Assembly: GCA_964632315.1 (NCBI GenBank)
Contig: CAZWEM010000063.1
Coordinates: 1 to 18,831, forward strand
Source: an uncultured archaeon
GTDB lineage: Archaea > Asgardarchaeota > Lokiarchaeia > Sigyniarchaeales > SOKP01
DNA: 18,831 nucleotides
Direction: 5' to 3'
Below, in pieces: positions 1-9,387 of this stretch (position 1 is the stretch's first letter; the number at the start of each line of letters is the position of its first letter). The translations under genes were made by a program, and so were the position numbers. The notes beneath the pieces are model-generated. The model saw only the letters and a program-made list of their open reading frames with translations, searched no databases and was not told the origin of the DNA.

Positions 1-99
1 AATGCGTTAAGAAAGGTAATTCGCAGGATTACAAACAATACACCGCATAAGATAAAAGTTTATACTGGGAGAAGTCCCAGGCTATATGAGGCTATTTAA
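1..99 (+). CDS. 3' end of a gene truncated by the window edge (unknown product)
   Basis: Frame 1 is open from base 1 (NALRKVIRRITNNTPHKIKVYTGRSPRLYEAI) to TAA at 97-99, followed by an AT-rich intergenic stretch. Confidence 0.55.
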   Translation, partial: NALRKVIRRITNNTPHKIKVYTGRSPRLYEAI

Positions 100-159
100 T
101 AGCTTCATGTAATATTTTGGCAAAAATATTATTTAAATTAAGAGAAAATGATGATATAA

Positions 160-453
160 ATGATTAGATGTCCTGAATGTGGTATTGAATATTCTTACGG
201 AAGAAATTTGTGCCATGTATGTGAGAATAAAATCATCTTTCATGGTTCAATATTTTTCAAACAACGGAAGGAGTATGCTTGGAACTGTAGTTGTACAGAT
301 ATAAAAGCGACAAAACCTTCCAAGAAAGAACTTCCATCATTTTTAAAACACGAAGAAGAAGAGGCAATTCGACATCCATGGAATTCACTTGATTCGTTCA
401 GTTGTGAAATTATTCCAATAATAGAAAAGAAAAGTAATCTATTATACGAATAA
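160..453 (+). CDS. small zinc-ribbon protein
   Basis: N-terminal CPEC-x10-CHVC double CxxC motif; further Cys in WNCSC and FSC; AT-rich TATA-like sequence upstream. Confidence 0.7.
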   Translation: MIRCPECGIEYSYGRNLCHVCENKIIFHGSIFFKQRKEYAWNCSCTDIKATKPSKKELPSFLKHEEEEAIRHPWNSLDSFSCEIIPIIEKKSNLLYE

Positions 454-501
454 GCTTCATTTACTGATATAAGCTCTTAGTGCCAAAATCCCGACATTCT
501 A

Positions 502-567
502 GAGGTAACCCTTATCGGATTGAATAATATGCAATTATTCACAATGATAGGGGTGCCTCCTTATTAT
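502..567. terminator. long hairpin between convergent genes (terminator or structured RNA)
   Basis: GAGGTAACCCTTATC (502-516) pairs with GATAGGGGTGCCTC (546-559). An inner perfect stem TGAATAAT/ATTATTCA (521-528/534-541) closes a 5-nt loop. T and A tracts follow. Confidence 0.5.
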
Positions 568-604
568 AATTTTAAATTTTTTTTAAAAAAAGAAAATAAA
601 GAAG

Positions 605-2392
605 TTAAACTAATTTTTCTAGTTGATTTACAAATTCTTCATATTGTTTTATACCTAATTTCCAAAATTCGGGTTTTGAAATGTCAAATTCCATGATCTT
701 TCCAAGCTCAAGTGGAGGTCGACTCCCTCCCGCACTAAGAAGTTCCTTAAATTTAGGGATGAAATCTTTTCCTTCTTTTTTATATACTTGATAAAGGGCA
801 TACACGAATAGTTGAGCATAAACGTATGGATAATTATAAAACCTGAACCCTGGTCTGAAATAATGGGGTTTCATAGTCCACTCCCATTTCAATTCATCGA
901 AAAAATCGATAGTATCACTATAAATTTTCTCTCTTCCTTTTAACCAGTAATTGGAAATTGTTTGACCATCTAAATATTCATCTTGTTCGATTGCTTTGTA
1001 TAAACCCTCTTCAAACCAATAGCGAGCACTCACCTGAAAAACAGCCATACCTGCTTCATCTAACACGTGCGCGAGAATGGCCTTTTTCATTTCATTAGAA
1101 TCTGACGTTTTGAGCAATAAATCTGTCATTAATAGCTCTCCAAATATGGACGCGCATTCAGCCGTGGTATAACCGGGATGCAAGTTTAAGAGTGTTTGGT
1201 CATGAGAGCTCAAATAGTCGTGAATCGCATGTCCAAGTTCATGAGTGACAGTATAGATATCAGTCATTTGACCCGAGTAATTTGATAGTATGAACGCAGA
1301 TTTACCGTTATACCATGATGCACAATATGCTCCATTTCGTTTTCCCATTCTAATGGAAGCATCTATATGGTTCCTTTCAAACATGTCTGACGCATAGCTT
1401 GCAAATTCATCATCAAAATTTCGATAGGCTTTAAGAATTAAATCCTTAGATTCCTCCCAAGTATATTTCTTATCTGGCATTTCAAGAAGTGGAGCAAGCA
1501 CATCTGCGTAATTCAATCGTTTCAGCTTTAACAACTTAGCTTTTAATTGGAGATATCGTTGATATACGTTAGCATTTTCTTCCACGGTTTTCATTAAACT
1601 CTCGATAATTGGCTGTGATGTGTCATTTACAATGAGACTATGATGCAAAGCGTTATTATATTTTCGCCTCTTGACCATTTTCATCCAATTGCTGCAAATA
1701 TTTCTTAGGGCAGTGGAAAATATATATTCATCTTTCCCTAGCGTTCCATATATCGATGTATCCGCAGAAATTCTCGTGTCTCTGTCTGGATGACTCAACA
1801 GGGCATTTGCTTCACCATAGGACAAAATTTTTTCCTCCCCTTCGACCTTTACCTGAAATTCTCGCGTGTTTAACCATTTCCCTTGAAGTTGACTCCATTG
1901 GTCCACTCCGAATTGATCTTTTTCTAGGATCAATTGTTCTTCAACCTCAGAAAGAAGGTGTGGATGAGCTCTCACGATTTTCTCCATGTAATGCTTGTAA
2001 TTTTTTAAGGATGGCTCGTCAAGCAATCCTTGATTTTCGTACACGTACTTGCTTACTTCTAAATCCAAGAAAGTAAGTTTACTCGAAACCTCGGTAGTGA
2101 AATTTGTGACCTTGTTCTTCAAAGCTTCATGCTCTACAATGTTCATATTCGCATCATAGAGAATATATGCAAATGTTTCAAGTTCATCTAAATTCGCTTC
2201 GAATTTTTCGTACCTTTGAAATAAACCTAATAAATCATTAGCCGAAAATTCAGGTTTTTTGATCTTTCCCTTGTAATCCTCTATAAATTTTTCGACTTCT
2301 TTTCTGGATTCTTCTATTAATTTATTAATTTTGGGATCCTCATGACCACTATAAAGTTCCGTGAGATCCCATGCTATTTCTGTCTCTTTCAT
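605..2392 (-). CDS. pepF: oligoendopeptidase F (peptidase family M3B)
   Basis: N-terminal WDLTELY; GKRNGAYC; zinc-binding HELGH plus downstream AECASIFGE; C-terminal HYF...FYNYPY. ATG at 2392 preferred over the TTG at 2401. Confidence 0.93.
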   Translation of the reverse strand: MKETEIAWDLTELYSGHEDPKINKLIEESRKEVEKFIEDYKGKIKKPEFSANDLLGLFQRYEKFEANLDELETFAYILYDANMNIVEHEALKNKVTNFTTEVSSKLTFLDLEVSKYVYENQGLLDEPSLKNYKHYMEKIVRAHPHLLSEVEEQLILEKDQFGVDQWSQLQGKWLNTREFQVKVEGEEKILSYGEANALLSHPDRDTRISADTSIYGTLGKDEYIFSTALRNICSNWMKMVKRRKYNNALHHSLIVNDTSQPIIESLMKTVEENANVYQRYLQLKAKLLKLKRLNYADVLAPLLEMPDKKYTWEESKDLILKAYRNFDDEFASYASDMFERNHIDASIRMGKRNGAYCASWYNGKSAFILSNYSGQMTDIYTVTHELGHAIHDYLSSHDQTLLNLHPGYTTAECASIFGELLMTDLLLKTSDSNEMKKAILAHVLDEAGMAVFQVSARYWFEEGLYKAIEQDEYLDGQTISNYWLKGREKIYSDTIDFFDELKWEWTMKPHYFRPGFRFYNYPYVYAQLFVYALYQVYKKEGKDFIPKFKELLSAGGSRPPLELGKIMEFDISKPEFWKLGIKQYEEFVNQLEKLV

Positions 2393-2499
2393 AATCTTCA
2401 ATTTACAAATGTGGATATATTCACTAATCCCAAAAAAAATTAAAATTTATTTAAAACATGATGGAATATTTACATGGATGAAATTGAAAATACCCAATT

Positions 2500-4059
2500 T
2501 CATTCATATTCAATCGTACTTGGGGGTTTGTTGCTAATATCATATACCACTCGATTTATCCCTTTAACTTCATTAATAATACGAGTGCTAACTTTTTCCA
2601 AAAAGTCCCAATCTAACTTAGCAAAATTCGCTGTCATGGCATCGAGTGATTTAACTGCTCGAATTGAACAAATATATTCATAGGTTCTAAAATCTCCCAT
2701 TACGCCCACTGTTTTTACGGGAAGCAAGACACAAAAAGCTTGCCATAAATCATTATAGATTCCAGCATTCGTTATCTCTTCAAGTAAAATGCTATCTGCA
2801 TCTCTTACAAGATCTAACTTTTCTTTGTTAATAGAGCCCAAACACCTTACTGCTAATCCTGGACCCGGAAATGGATGTCTTTCTATTAATTCGGGATCTA
2901 ATCCAAGTTTTAATCCAATTTTTCGAACTTCATCTTTATATAAATCCTTTAATGGCTCAATTATCTTCAATTTCATGTTTTCTGGAAGAGTAAGATTATG
3001 GTGTGATTTTATTTTTGATGCTGAATAACTCGTTGCAGCTGTTTCTACTCGATCTGGATATATGGTACCTTGTGCTAAATAATTTATCGATGGAAACTCC
3101 TTTTCAAGTTCAGTTGTTTTACTTTCAAACACCTCAATGAATGTGTGTCCGATAATTCTTCTTTTTTCTTCGGGATCATCAATTCCATCTAAATTGTTTA
3201 AGAATAACTCTTGAGCATTAACATAATGGAAATTTTCAAACTGTAATTTTTCTTTAAACTGGCTTTGGACTTCAAATTCCTCATCTTTTCTTAATAATCC
3301 ATTATTTACAAATATGCAGTGAAGTCTACTTCCTACTGCTTTATGCAATAAGACTGCTGTTACAGAGGAATCAACTCCGCCACTTAACCCTAAAATTACA
3401 TTATCTTGTTGACCTAATGCATCTCTTATTTCTTCTATTTTATTTTCTATCCAGTTTTCTAATTTCCATTCTTTTTTAGCTTTAGCAATTTTACTGAGGA
3501 AATTTTCTATTATTTGATTTCCTTTTATCGTATGATTTACTTCAGGATGAAATTGAACCCCATACATGTTGAGCTTTTGATTTTCAAAAGCTGCAACTGG
3601 ACAGTTTTTCGTGCTAGCTATTGTTTTAAATTCAGATGGGAGTTCCTTTATTTGATCGCCGTGAGACATCCATACAATTTCGTTATTTTCTAATCCTTCA
3701 AATAGAGGTGAGGATCTTACTATTTGCAATTCTGTTTTTCCATATTCTTTATTTTTATGAGCCTCTATACTTCCACCAAGTTGATGCACGATTAAATGTA
3801 AACCATAGCAAATCCCCAATACTGGTATTTTCTGCTCTGAAGTAAATGAAAAGAATTCCTTCGGAAGTTGAGGACTTCCTTTCTCATATACGCTACTTGG
3901 ACCTCCAGATAGAACGATTGCTTTACATCCACTTGTTTTGAGAGCTTCAATGCTGACATTGTGAGGTAAAATTTCGGAATATACTCCTAATTCTCGTATT
4001 CTCCTTGCTATTAAATGAGTGTATTGAGATCCCATATCCAAAATGCATATTTTATCCAC
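2500..4059 (-). CDS. guaA: GMP synthase (glutamine-hydrolysing), fused GATase + ATP-pyrophosphatase
   Basis: LDMGSQYT, LSGGP, GICYG (catalytic Cys), MSHGD, QFHPE; PP-loop LSGGVDS; QGTIYPD, KSHHN, HPFPGPGL; C-terminal KPPSTIEYE. GTG start preceded by an SD-like GGTGG. Confidence 0.97.
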   Translation of the reverse strand: MDKICILDMGSQYTHLIARRIRELGVYSEILPHNVSIEALKTSGCKAIVLSGGPSSVYEKGSPQLPKEFFSFTSEQKIPVLGICYGLHLIVHQLGGSIEAHKNKEYGKTELQIVRSSPLFEGLENNEIVWMSHGDQIKELPSEFKTIASTKNCPVAAFENQKLNMYGVQFHPEVNHTIKGNQIIENFLSKIAKAKKEWKLENWIENKIEEIRDALGQQDNVILGLSGGVDSSVTAVLLHKAVGSRLHCIFVNNGLLRKDEEFEVQSQFKEKLQFENFHYVNAQELFLNNLDGIDDPEEKRRIIGHTFIEVFESKTTELEKEFPSINYLAQGTIYPDRVETAATSYSASKIKSHHNLTLPENMKLKIIEPLKDLYKDEVRKIGLKLGLDPELIERHPFPGPGLAVRCLGSINKEKLDLVRDADSILLEEITNAGIYNDLWQAFCVLLPVKTVGVMGDFRTYEYICSIRAVKSLDAMTANFAKLDWDFLEKVSTRIINEVKGINRVVYDISNKPPSTIEYE

Positions 4060-4218
4060 TATAAACCCACCAGTATAAATTATTATGTAATTTAACTGTA
4101 TCTTAGGATTAATGAAATTTACTATATTATTAATTGTAAACTATATAGATATATCATAAAATTATCGCTTAAAAACAAAAAATTCAAAAAAATGAAAAGA
4201 AAAAAATGATTCGTCTTT

Positions 4219-5469
4219 TTAAAGCCATCCTCTTAATTTCATTGCTGAAATAACTCTTTCAACAGCAATACTATAAGCCCCCATCCTATTATGGGTGTTA
4301 TAACTTTTTGCTTCTTCTATGGTTGAATGATATGCATTTGTCATGACACGATCTAATGCAGCAAAGACTTCTTTTTCCGTCCAGAAGTAACGGTAATATC
4401 CCTGTACCATTTCGAAATAGCTCACTGTAACTCCCCCAGCATTGCAGAGAAAATCGGGGATAACCAAAATATCACTCTTAAAGAGTACTTCGTCTGCATA
4501 AGGCGTGGTAGGACCATTTGCAAGTTCTGCAACTATCTTCGCATTAATTTTATGAGCATTATCTTTTGTGATCTGGTTTTCCAGTGCCGCAGGAATTAAT
4601 ACATCACATTCTAATTCCAGTAATTCGTCATTAGTAACCTCTTGGGTATCTTTAAGCCCTACGACAGTACGAGTTTTCTCCTTTTGTTCCGCGGCAGCAT
4701 ATGCATCAATGCCATTCTTATTGTATATTCCCCCTTTAGAATCTGATACTGCGATTATATTGCATTTGTGTTCATCCTGCAAAAGTTTTGCAGCCCATGA
4801 TCCGGCATTACCATAACCTTGGACTACTACATTAGCTCCTTTCAAGTCAAGTCCAATATCATTTGCTGCCTCTCGAATGGTGTATACTCCTCCTTGAGCA
4901 GTAGCAATTGATCGCCCGGCACTTCCACCAATAGGTATGGGTTTTCCCGTAATAATTGAAGGGGTTTGTTCACGAACAATAGTTTCATATTCATCCATCA
5001 TCCACGCCATTATTTGTGGAGTGGTGTAAACATCTGGAGCAGGAACATCAACACGTGGTCCAAGAAGATCTGCTAATCTTCTAATATAGGCTCTTGCAAG
5101 TCTTTCTTGCTCAGAAGCACTCATTTCTTTCGGGTTGCAAATAATTCCTCCTTTAGACCCTCCCAAGGGAATATCAACGCAAGCAGTCTTCCATGTCATC
5201 CACGCACTCAAGGCTTTTACCAATGATGCGCTTTCTTCTGGATGCCATCTAATTCCTCCTTTCCCAGGACCTCTTGCTGTATTGTATAGACTCCTAAAAC
5301 CTCTAAAAGTTTTAAGGGATCCATCATCCATTTTAATAGTGATTTTAGCTTCTACAAATCTTTCTGGTTCTCTTAGAGCATTATAGATTTCTCTATCATA
5401 GCCTTTCATGTTGCAGGAATCTAATAATTGCCTTTGCGCAATTGAAAAAGGGTCGAGATTTTCACTCAT
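4219..5469 (-). CDS. gdhA: glutamate dehydrogenase (Glu/Leu/Phe/Val family), Thermococcales-like motifs, probably NADP-preferring
   Basis: [18 protein letters not shown] (catalytic Lys), DVPAPDV, TGKP, GYGNAG Rossmann motif, [24 protein letters not shown]. Confidence 0.93.
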   Translation of the reverse strand: MSENLDPFSIAQRQLLDSCNMKGYDREIYNALREPERFVEAKITIKMDDGSLKTFRGFRSLYNTARGPGKGGIRWHPEESASLVKALSAWMTWKTACVDIPLGGSKGGIICNPKEMSASEQERLARAYIRRLADLLGPRVDVPAPDVYTTPQIMAWMMDEYETIVREQTPSIITGKPIPIGGSAGRSIATAQGGVYTIREAANDIGLDLKGANVVVQGYGNAGSWAAKLLQDEHKCNIIAVSDSKGGIYNKNGIDAYAAAEQKEKTRTVVGLKDTQEVTNDELLELECDVLIPAALENQITKDNAHKINAKIVAELANGPTTPYADEVLFKSDILVIPDFLCNAGGVTVSYFEMVQGYYRYFWTEKEVFAALDRVMTNAYHSTIEEAKSYNTHNRMGAYSIAVERVISAMKLRGWL

Positions 5470-5510
5470 GATTTTTAAACTTCCAAGTTTTTGATTAAGT
5501 ATATTAAGTT

Positions 5511-5559
5511 ATTAAACAAATTTTAGAATTTAAGCTTTCTTTTATTAGATTTGTTTAAT
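5511..5559. promoter_or_regulatory. 11-bp perfect inverted repeat in the divergent gdh-gdh promoter region (candidate operator)
   Basis: ATTAAACAAAT (5511-5521) and ATTTGTTTAAT (5549-5559) with a 27-bp spacer. Confidence 0.4.
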
Positions 5560-5697
5560 GAATGGGAAATTGTTGGGTATTTTTCTGAAAATTCTCAAAG
5601 TGTTTTCTCTTCGATGACTTTCTTGAAATAAAAGTTAAATTTCACAGATCTTATTTCTTCTTGTATCAATTTTATCACAATTATTTATTAGAGGAAC

Positions 5698-6960
5698 ATG
5701 CATATGGTCGAAGAAATAAACCCATTCGAAGTAGTTAAGACTCAAATCGATATTGTAGCAAAGGAGATAGGATTGGATCCCAATGTGGTGGAATACCTTA
5801 AAAGAATCGAAAGAGCTTTGATAGTGACCATTCCAATCTTGATGGATGATGGGTCACTTCAAATTTTTGAGGGTTATCGAGTTCATCATTCTACCGTGAG
5901 GGGTCCTGGGAAAGGAGGAGTAAGATTTTCACCTCACGTGTACCTTGATGAAGTAAAAGCACTTGCAACTTGGATGACGTGGAAAACCAGTCTTTTAAAT
6001 CTTCCACTTGGTGGAGCTAAAGGAGGTGTCTGCGTAGATCCCAGGAAATTATCGAAAAAGGAATTAGAACGCTTGACTAGACGCTATACTGCAGAAATTA
6101 TTAATCTTATTGGACCAGACATTGACATCCCTGCTCCTGACGTAAATACAAATGCTCAAATAATGGCGTGGATGATGGATGTGTATTCAATGCAAAAGGG
6201 AAGAACTGTTCCCGGAGTCGTGACGGGCAAGCCAATTGAAATTGGAGGGAGTGTAGGTAGAGAATCAGCCACTGGAATGGGATTATATTTCGTACTTGAA
6301 GCTCTATGCGAAAAATTGGGACTCAAACTTGAAAATCAATCAATTATAGTTCAAGGATTTGGAAATGTTGGTGGAAATATAGCTGAATTACTATATAATA
6401 GAGGATGCAAAGTTTTAGCTGTTTCTGATATATCAACGGGAATTTATTGCCAAAATGGGGTTGATGTAGAAAAGTTATTAGAATGGGTAAAACAAGGCAA
6501 ACTTTTAAAAGATTATGAAGAAAAAAATTACAAAAATATTACAAATGAAGAATTGTTGACACTCGAATGTGATATTTTAGTTCCCGCTGCTATTGAAAAC
6601 CAAATTACCGAAAAAAATGCAAATGCTATCAAATCTAAAATTGTATTAGAAGGGGCTAATGGTCCAACAACTCCAGAAGCAGACGCAATTTTATTTAAAA
6701 AAGGCATCCATGTTGTTCCGGATATCTTAGCTAACAGTGGGGGTGTATGTGTCAGCTATTTTGAGTACATACAAGATATTCACTCGTATTTCTGGAAGTT
6801 AGACAGAATTAATGAAGAATTAAAGAGAATCCTCTTGGAAGCATTTGAAGAGACATATAAAATCTCTCAAGAGCGCAATATATCTCTACGAACAGCGGCG
6901 TATATTATTGCTGTGACTAGAATTGCTAAAGCAATCGAATTACGAGGGATTTTTCCATAA
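5698..6960 (+). CDS. gdh: second glutamate dehydrogenase (Glu/Leu/Phe/Val family)
   Basis: KGGVRF, MTWK, GGAKGG, DIPAPDV, TGKP, GFGNVG, EGANGP, NSGGVCVSYFE. Start may be ATG 5698 or 5704. Confidence 0.93.
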   Translation: MHMVEEINPFEVVKTQIDIVAKEIGLDPNVVEYLKRIERALIVTIPILMDDGSLQIFEGYRVHHSTVRGPGKGGVRFSPHVYLDEVKALATWMTWKTSLLNLPLGGAKGGVCVDPRKLSKKELERLTRRYTAEIINLIGPDIDIPAPDVNTNAQIMAWMMDVYSMQKGRTVPGVVTGKPIEIGGSVGRESATGMGLYFVLEALCEKLGLKLENQSIIVQGFGNVGGNIAELLYNRGCKVLAVSDISTGIYCQNGVDVEKLLEWVKQGKLLKDYEEKNYKNITNEELLTLECDILVPAAIENQITEKNANAIKSKIVLEGANGPTTPEADAILFKKGIHVVPDILANSGGVCVSYFEYIQDIHSYFWKLDRINEELKRILLEAFEETYKISQERNISLRTAAYIIAVTRIAKAIELRGIFP

Positions 6961-6971
6961 TTTATATGCTA

Positions 6972-8348
6972 TTACGCATTTTTCTTTTTCCTGTAATGAG
7001 GTAAAAAAATCAATACAATTAAGACTGGTATACAGAAATAGAAAATTATCATAAAAATGAAATTTAATAGCGCTAAGAGATAAAATAACGAGAATGCGAT
7101 ATGAATCAATGCAAATGTCGCCCCAATCTTTAATAATCGTTTATAATTGAGGTTTTCTACACCAGAATCTTGTGCAACCTTTAAGGTCATCATATCAGCC
7201 GCAGCACCTTGAGGTACTAAATTTCCTCCAAGGTTAATTGCGATTATAAATGAGAATAATAATGGTACATCGGGAAAATTAAATTTAGTTATTAAAAGCT
7301 GAATTATTGGTATAAATATTAGGGCAGTAGGTGTATTAGCCACAATTCCTGAAATAACACTGATAAAAATCAATAACAAAAAGGCAACTATGATTGGATC
7401 CATTTGATGAAAAGGAATATTAGCAAAGAGTTGATCGAATCCTGCTAATCCTAAACTCCCTACTATAATATAAAGAGCGATAAAGAAGAATATAATTTCC
7501 CATTCAATATCTTTCAAAAGAGTTGCCATGGATTTTTTTGTATATCGTCTATTTACCAAAACCAAAATCATTGCCGATATAATCGCAGTTAGAAATAATA
7601 AAGGCAAAATCGCAAATAATAAGATGGTAACGATTATGGCGAAGCTATTAAAATAAAACATTTTCTTGTTCTTTATCATAATATCAGCATTCACCAACTC
7701 TAATACAAATTTTTTTTGTTGATCTTCGATTTTTGGTTCTTTTGATAAGAGCAGTCTATCAATTAAAAAAATAGTAACAAGAAGTAAAAAGAAAGAAAAA
7801 ATCCAGAAATTTTCTATAAAATATAATGTATCTAAATGAAAAGCTGTCGATATAATGATATTTTCACCACTAGAAAAAGGCGTGATTATTGAGCCAATAT
7901 TAATACAAATTGTCATTGCTAAGAGATAAGTTCCTGATCTTATCTTGAGAAAATGGCAAAGTCGTACTACTACAGGAGCTAAAATCAACACGACTACGAC
8001 ATCAGTTATGATCGCCGCTAATAAGGTTGTAATAATGCATAACAGGTATAGAAAAACAGACTGATTTCCTCGCGATAGCCTAAATAACTTTACTGCTATA
8101 TATTCTAAAACATTAGAATCCTGAGCAATTTTGGTAATGATACTCATGCTTAAAATGATGATTATTGCTTGCCAATTGACCATATTTATGAAACTCTCGA
8201 AAGTGGTTCCTAATATCAAGCCAGTCACCGTAGCTCCAAAGAACATGCATAATAAAGAAATTGCTACAAAATCTAAGTTTTTAAACGAATAGCTGAAAAT
8301 GATCAAAAAGAAAAGAATAAAAAGTATTATTAGTAATATAAGATCCAT
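6972..8348 (-). CDS. ion-transporter superfamily permease (ArsB/NhaD/SLC13/P-protein-like)
   Basis: Highly hydrophobic with many TM segments; two internally repeated hairpin motifs, INIGSIITPFSSGENIII and INLGGNLVPQGAAADMM; 'IEWEIIFFFIALYIIVGSL' is typical of the family. Confidence 0.8.
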   Translation of the reverse strand: MDLILLIILFILFFLIIFSYSFKNLDFVAISLLCMFFGATVTGLILGTTFESFINMVNWQAIIIILSMSIITKIAQDSNVLEYIAVKLFRLSRGNQSVFLYLLCIITTLLAAIITDVVVVLILAPVVVRLCHFLKIRSGTYLLAMTICINIGSIITPFSSGENIIISTAFHLDTLYFIENFWIFSFFLLLVTIFLIDRLLLSKEPKIEDQQKKFVLELVNADIMIKNKKMFYFNSFAIIVTILLFAILPLLFLTAIISAMILVLVNRRYTKKSMATLLKDIEWEIIFFFIALYIIVGSLGLAGFDQLFANIPFHQMDPIIVAFLLLIFISVISGIVANTPTALIFIPIIQLLITKFNFPDVPLLFSFIIAINLGGNLVPQGAAADMMTLKVAQDSGVENLNYKRLLKIGATFALIHIAFSLFYLLALLNFIFMIIFYFCIPVLIVLIFLPHYRKKKNA

Positions 8349-8469
8349 TCAATCTCAGCTCATTAAAATCAGAATATATTTAATACTTTTAGTAAATTGC
8401 TTTTAATAAATCTAATTAAAACACATTAGATTGATATAGCGGTTCAGATTAATTACTTCTTGATAGAAT

Positions 8470-9321
8470 TTATCTTTTTTTCAATAGAAATAGCTGAAGA
8501 AGGAATTTAAATAAATTCAATTCATTTAATAGTGATAAATTAGAGATTAAGTATTCAAAAATGTTTTCTTCAATAAAGAATTTTAATGAATTTTGATGCC
8601 CTTCTTCTGTTTTAATCATTTGTACGATTCTTCTAATTAAATTAATGATTTGCTTTTCTACTACAAGCATATCACAATTAGCTGGATTAATATTGATAAT
8701 GTTAATTCCAGATTCACGGTCAAAAGTGAATTTTCTGAGTTCTTCATTATTCTTTACATAGTCATGGCTTAAATAGTTTTTAAACATGGTATCGATTTTA
8801 TAATAAATTTTTGCTTTCTTAACTGGATGGCTATGTGCTTCAATCACATTCATTAATAAATTAAGAATCTGCTGAAATACTCCTAGAATGTTATAATATT
8901 CTGCAATATCTGTCACTTTCTCTGCCGTAATCCATTGACTATAATATTCATCAATAGTATCCTTGAAAGGAATGTATGATTCTGTATTTCCCTTCCAAGA
9001 TTGTTTCCACTGTTCTTGATCGGGAATATATTCTTGTATGAAGGCTTGCTTGATGACGTTTAATCTAGCTTTTAAAATATCTGAATTTACGTTTTTTTCT
9101 GAAGCAGCAATAAAAAGTAAATTTAAATCTTTATCCTCTAAATAAACCCATCTTAACCCTCCCATTTCTATACTTTCGATCCCTTCTTGAAATTCGAAGA
9201 CAGTAAATTGATTCAGTGCTGCTAGTAATCCACTTACAAGATCTTCATCTAATGACAGGTCCATAAATGCTTTATAGAGCAACGTGATCCCACTTTCGGA
9301 ATCCAATATCCAGATATTCAT
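8470..9321 (-). CDS. N-terminal longin-like domain protein with a helical C-terminal domain
   Basis: MNIWILDSESGITLLY...DEDLVSGLLAALNQF...IESIEMGGLRWVY...LLFIAA follows the beta-beta-alpha-beta-beta-beta-alpha longin pattern common in Asgard proteins. Confidence 0.65.
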   Translation of the reverse strand: MNIWILDSESGITLLYKAFMDLSLDEDLVSGLLAALNQFTVFEFQEGIESIEMGGLRWVYLEDKDLNLLFIAASEKNVNSDILKARLNVIKQAFIQEYIPDQEQWKQSWKGNTESYIPFKDTIDEYYSQWITAEKVTDIAEYYNILGVFQQILNLLMNVIEAHSHPVKKAKIYYKIDTMFKNYLSHDYVKNNEELRKFTFDRESGINIININPANCDMLVVEKQIINLIRRIVQMIKTEEGHQNSLKFFIEENIFEYLISNLSLLNELNLFKFLLQLFLLKKR

Positions 9322-9387
9322 GAGTTAAGTCCTTATGACTTAATTTGCAATGCTAATTATTAAAATTATGCATAAAAAAAAAGGTTT

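Noticed and set aside
1756-2076. 106-aa + strand ORF
   Set aside because: Antisense shadow inside pepF; no recognisable motifs.
2474-3845. Three + strand ORFs (2474-2683, 2789-3028, 3636-3845)
   Set aside because: Antisense shadows of guaA.
4568-5386. Two + strand ORFs antisense to gdh (4568-4816, 5135-5386)
   Set aside because: Codon-mirror antisense frames of a conserved gene; Ser/Pro-rich and not protein-like.
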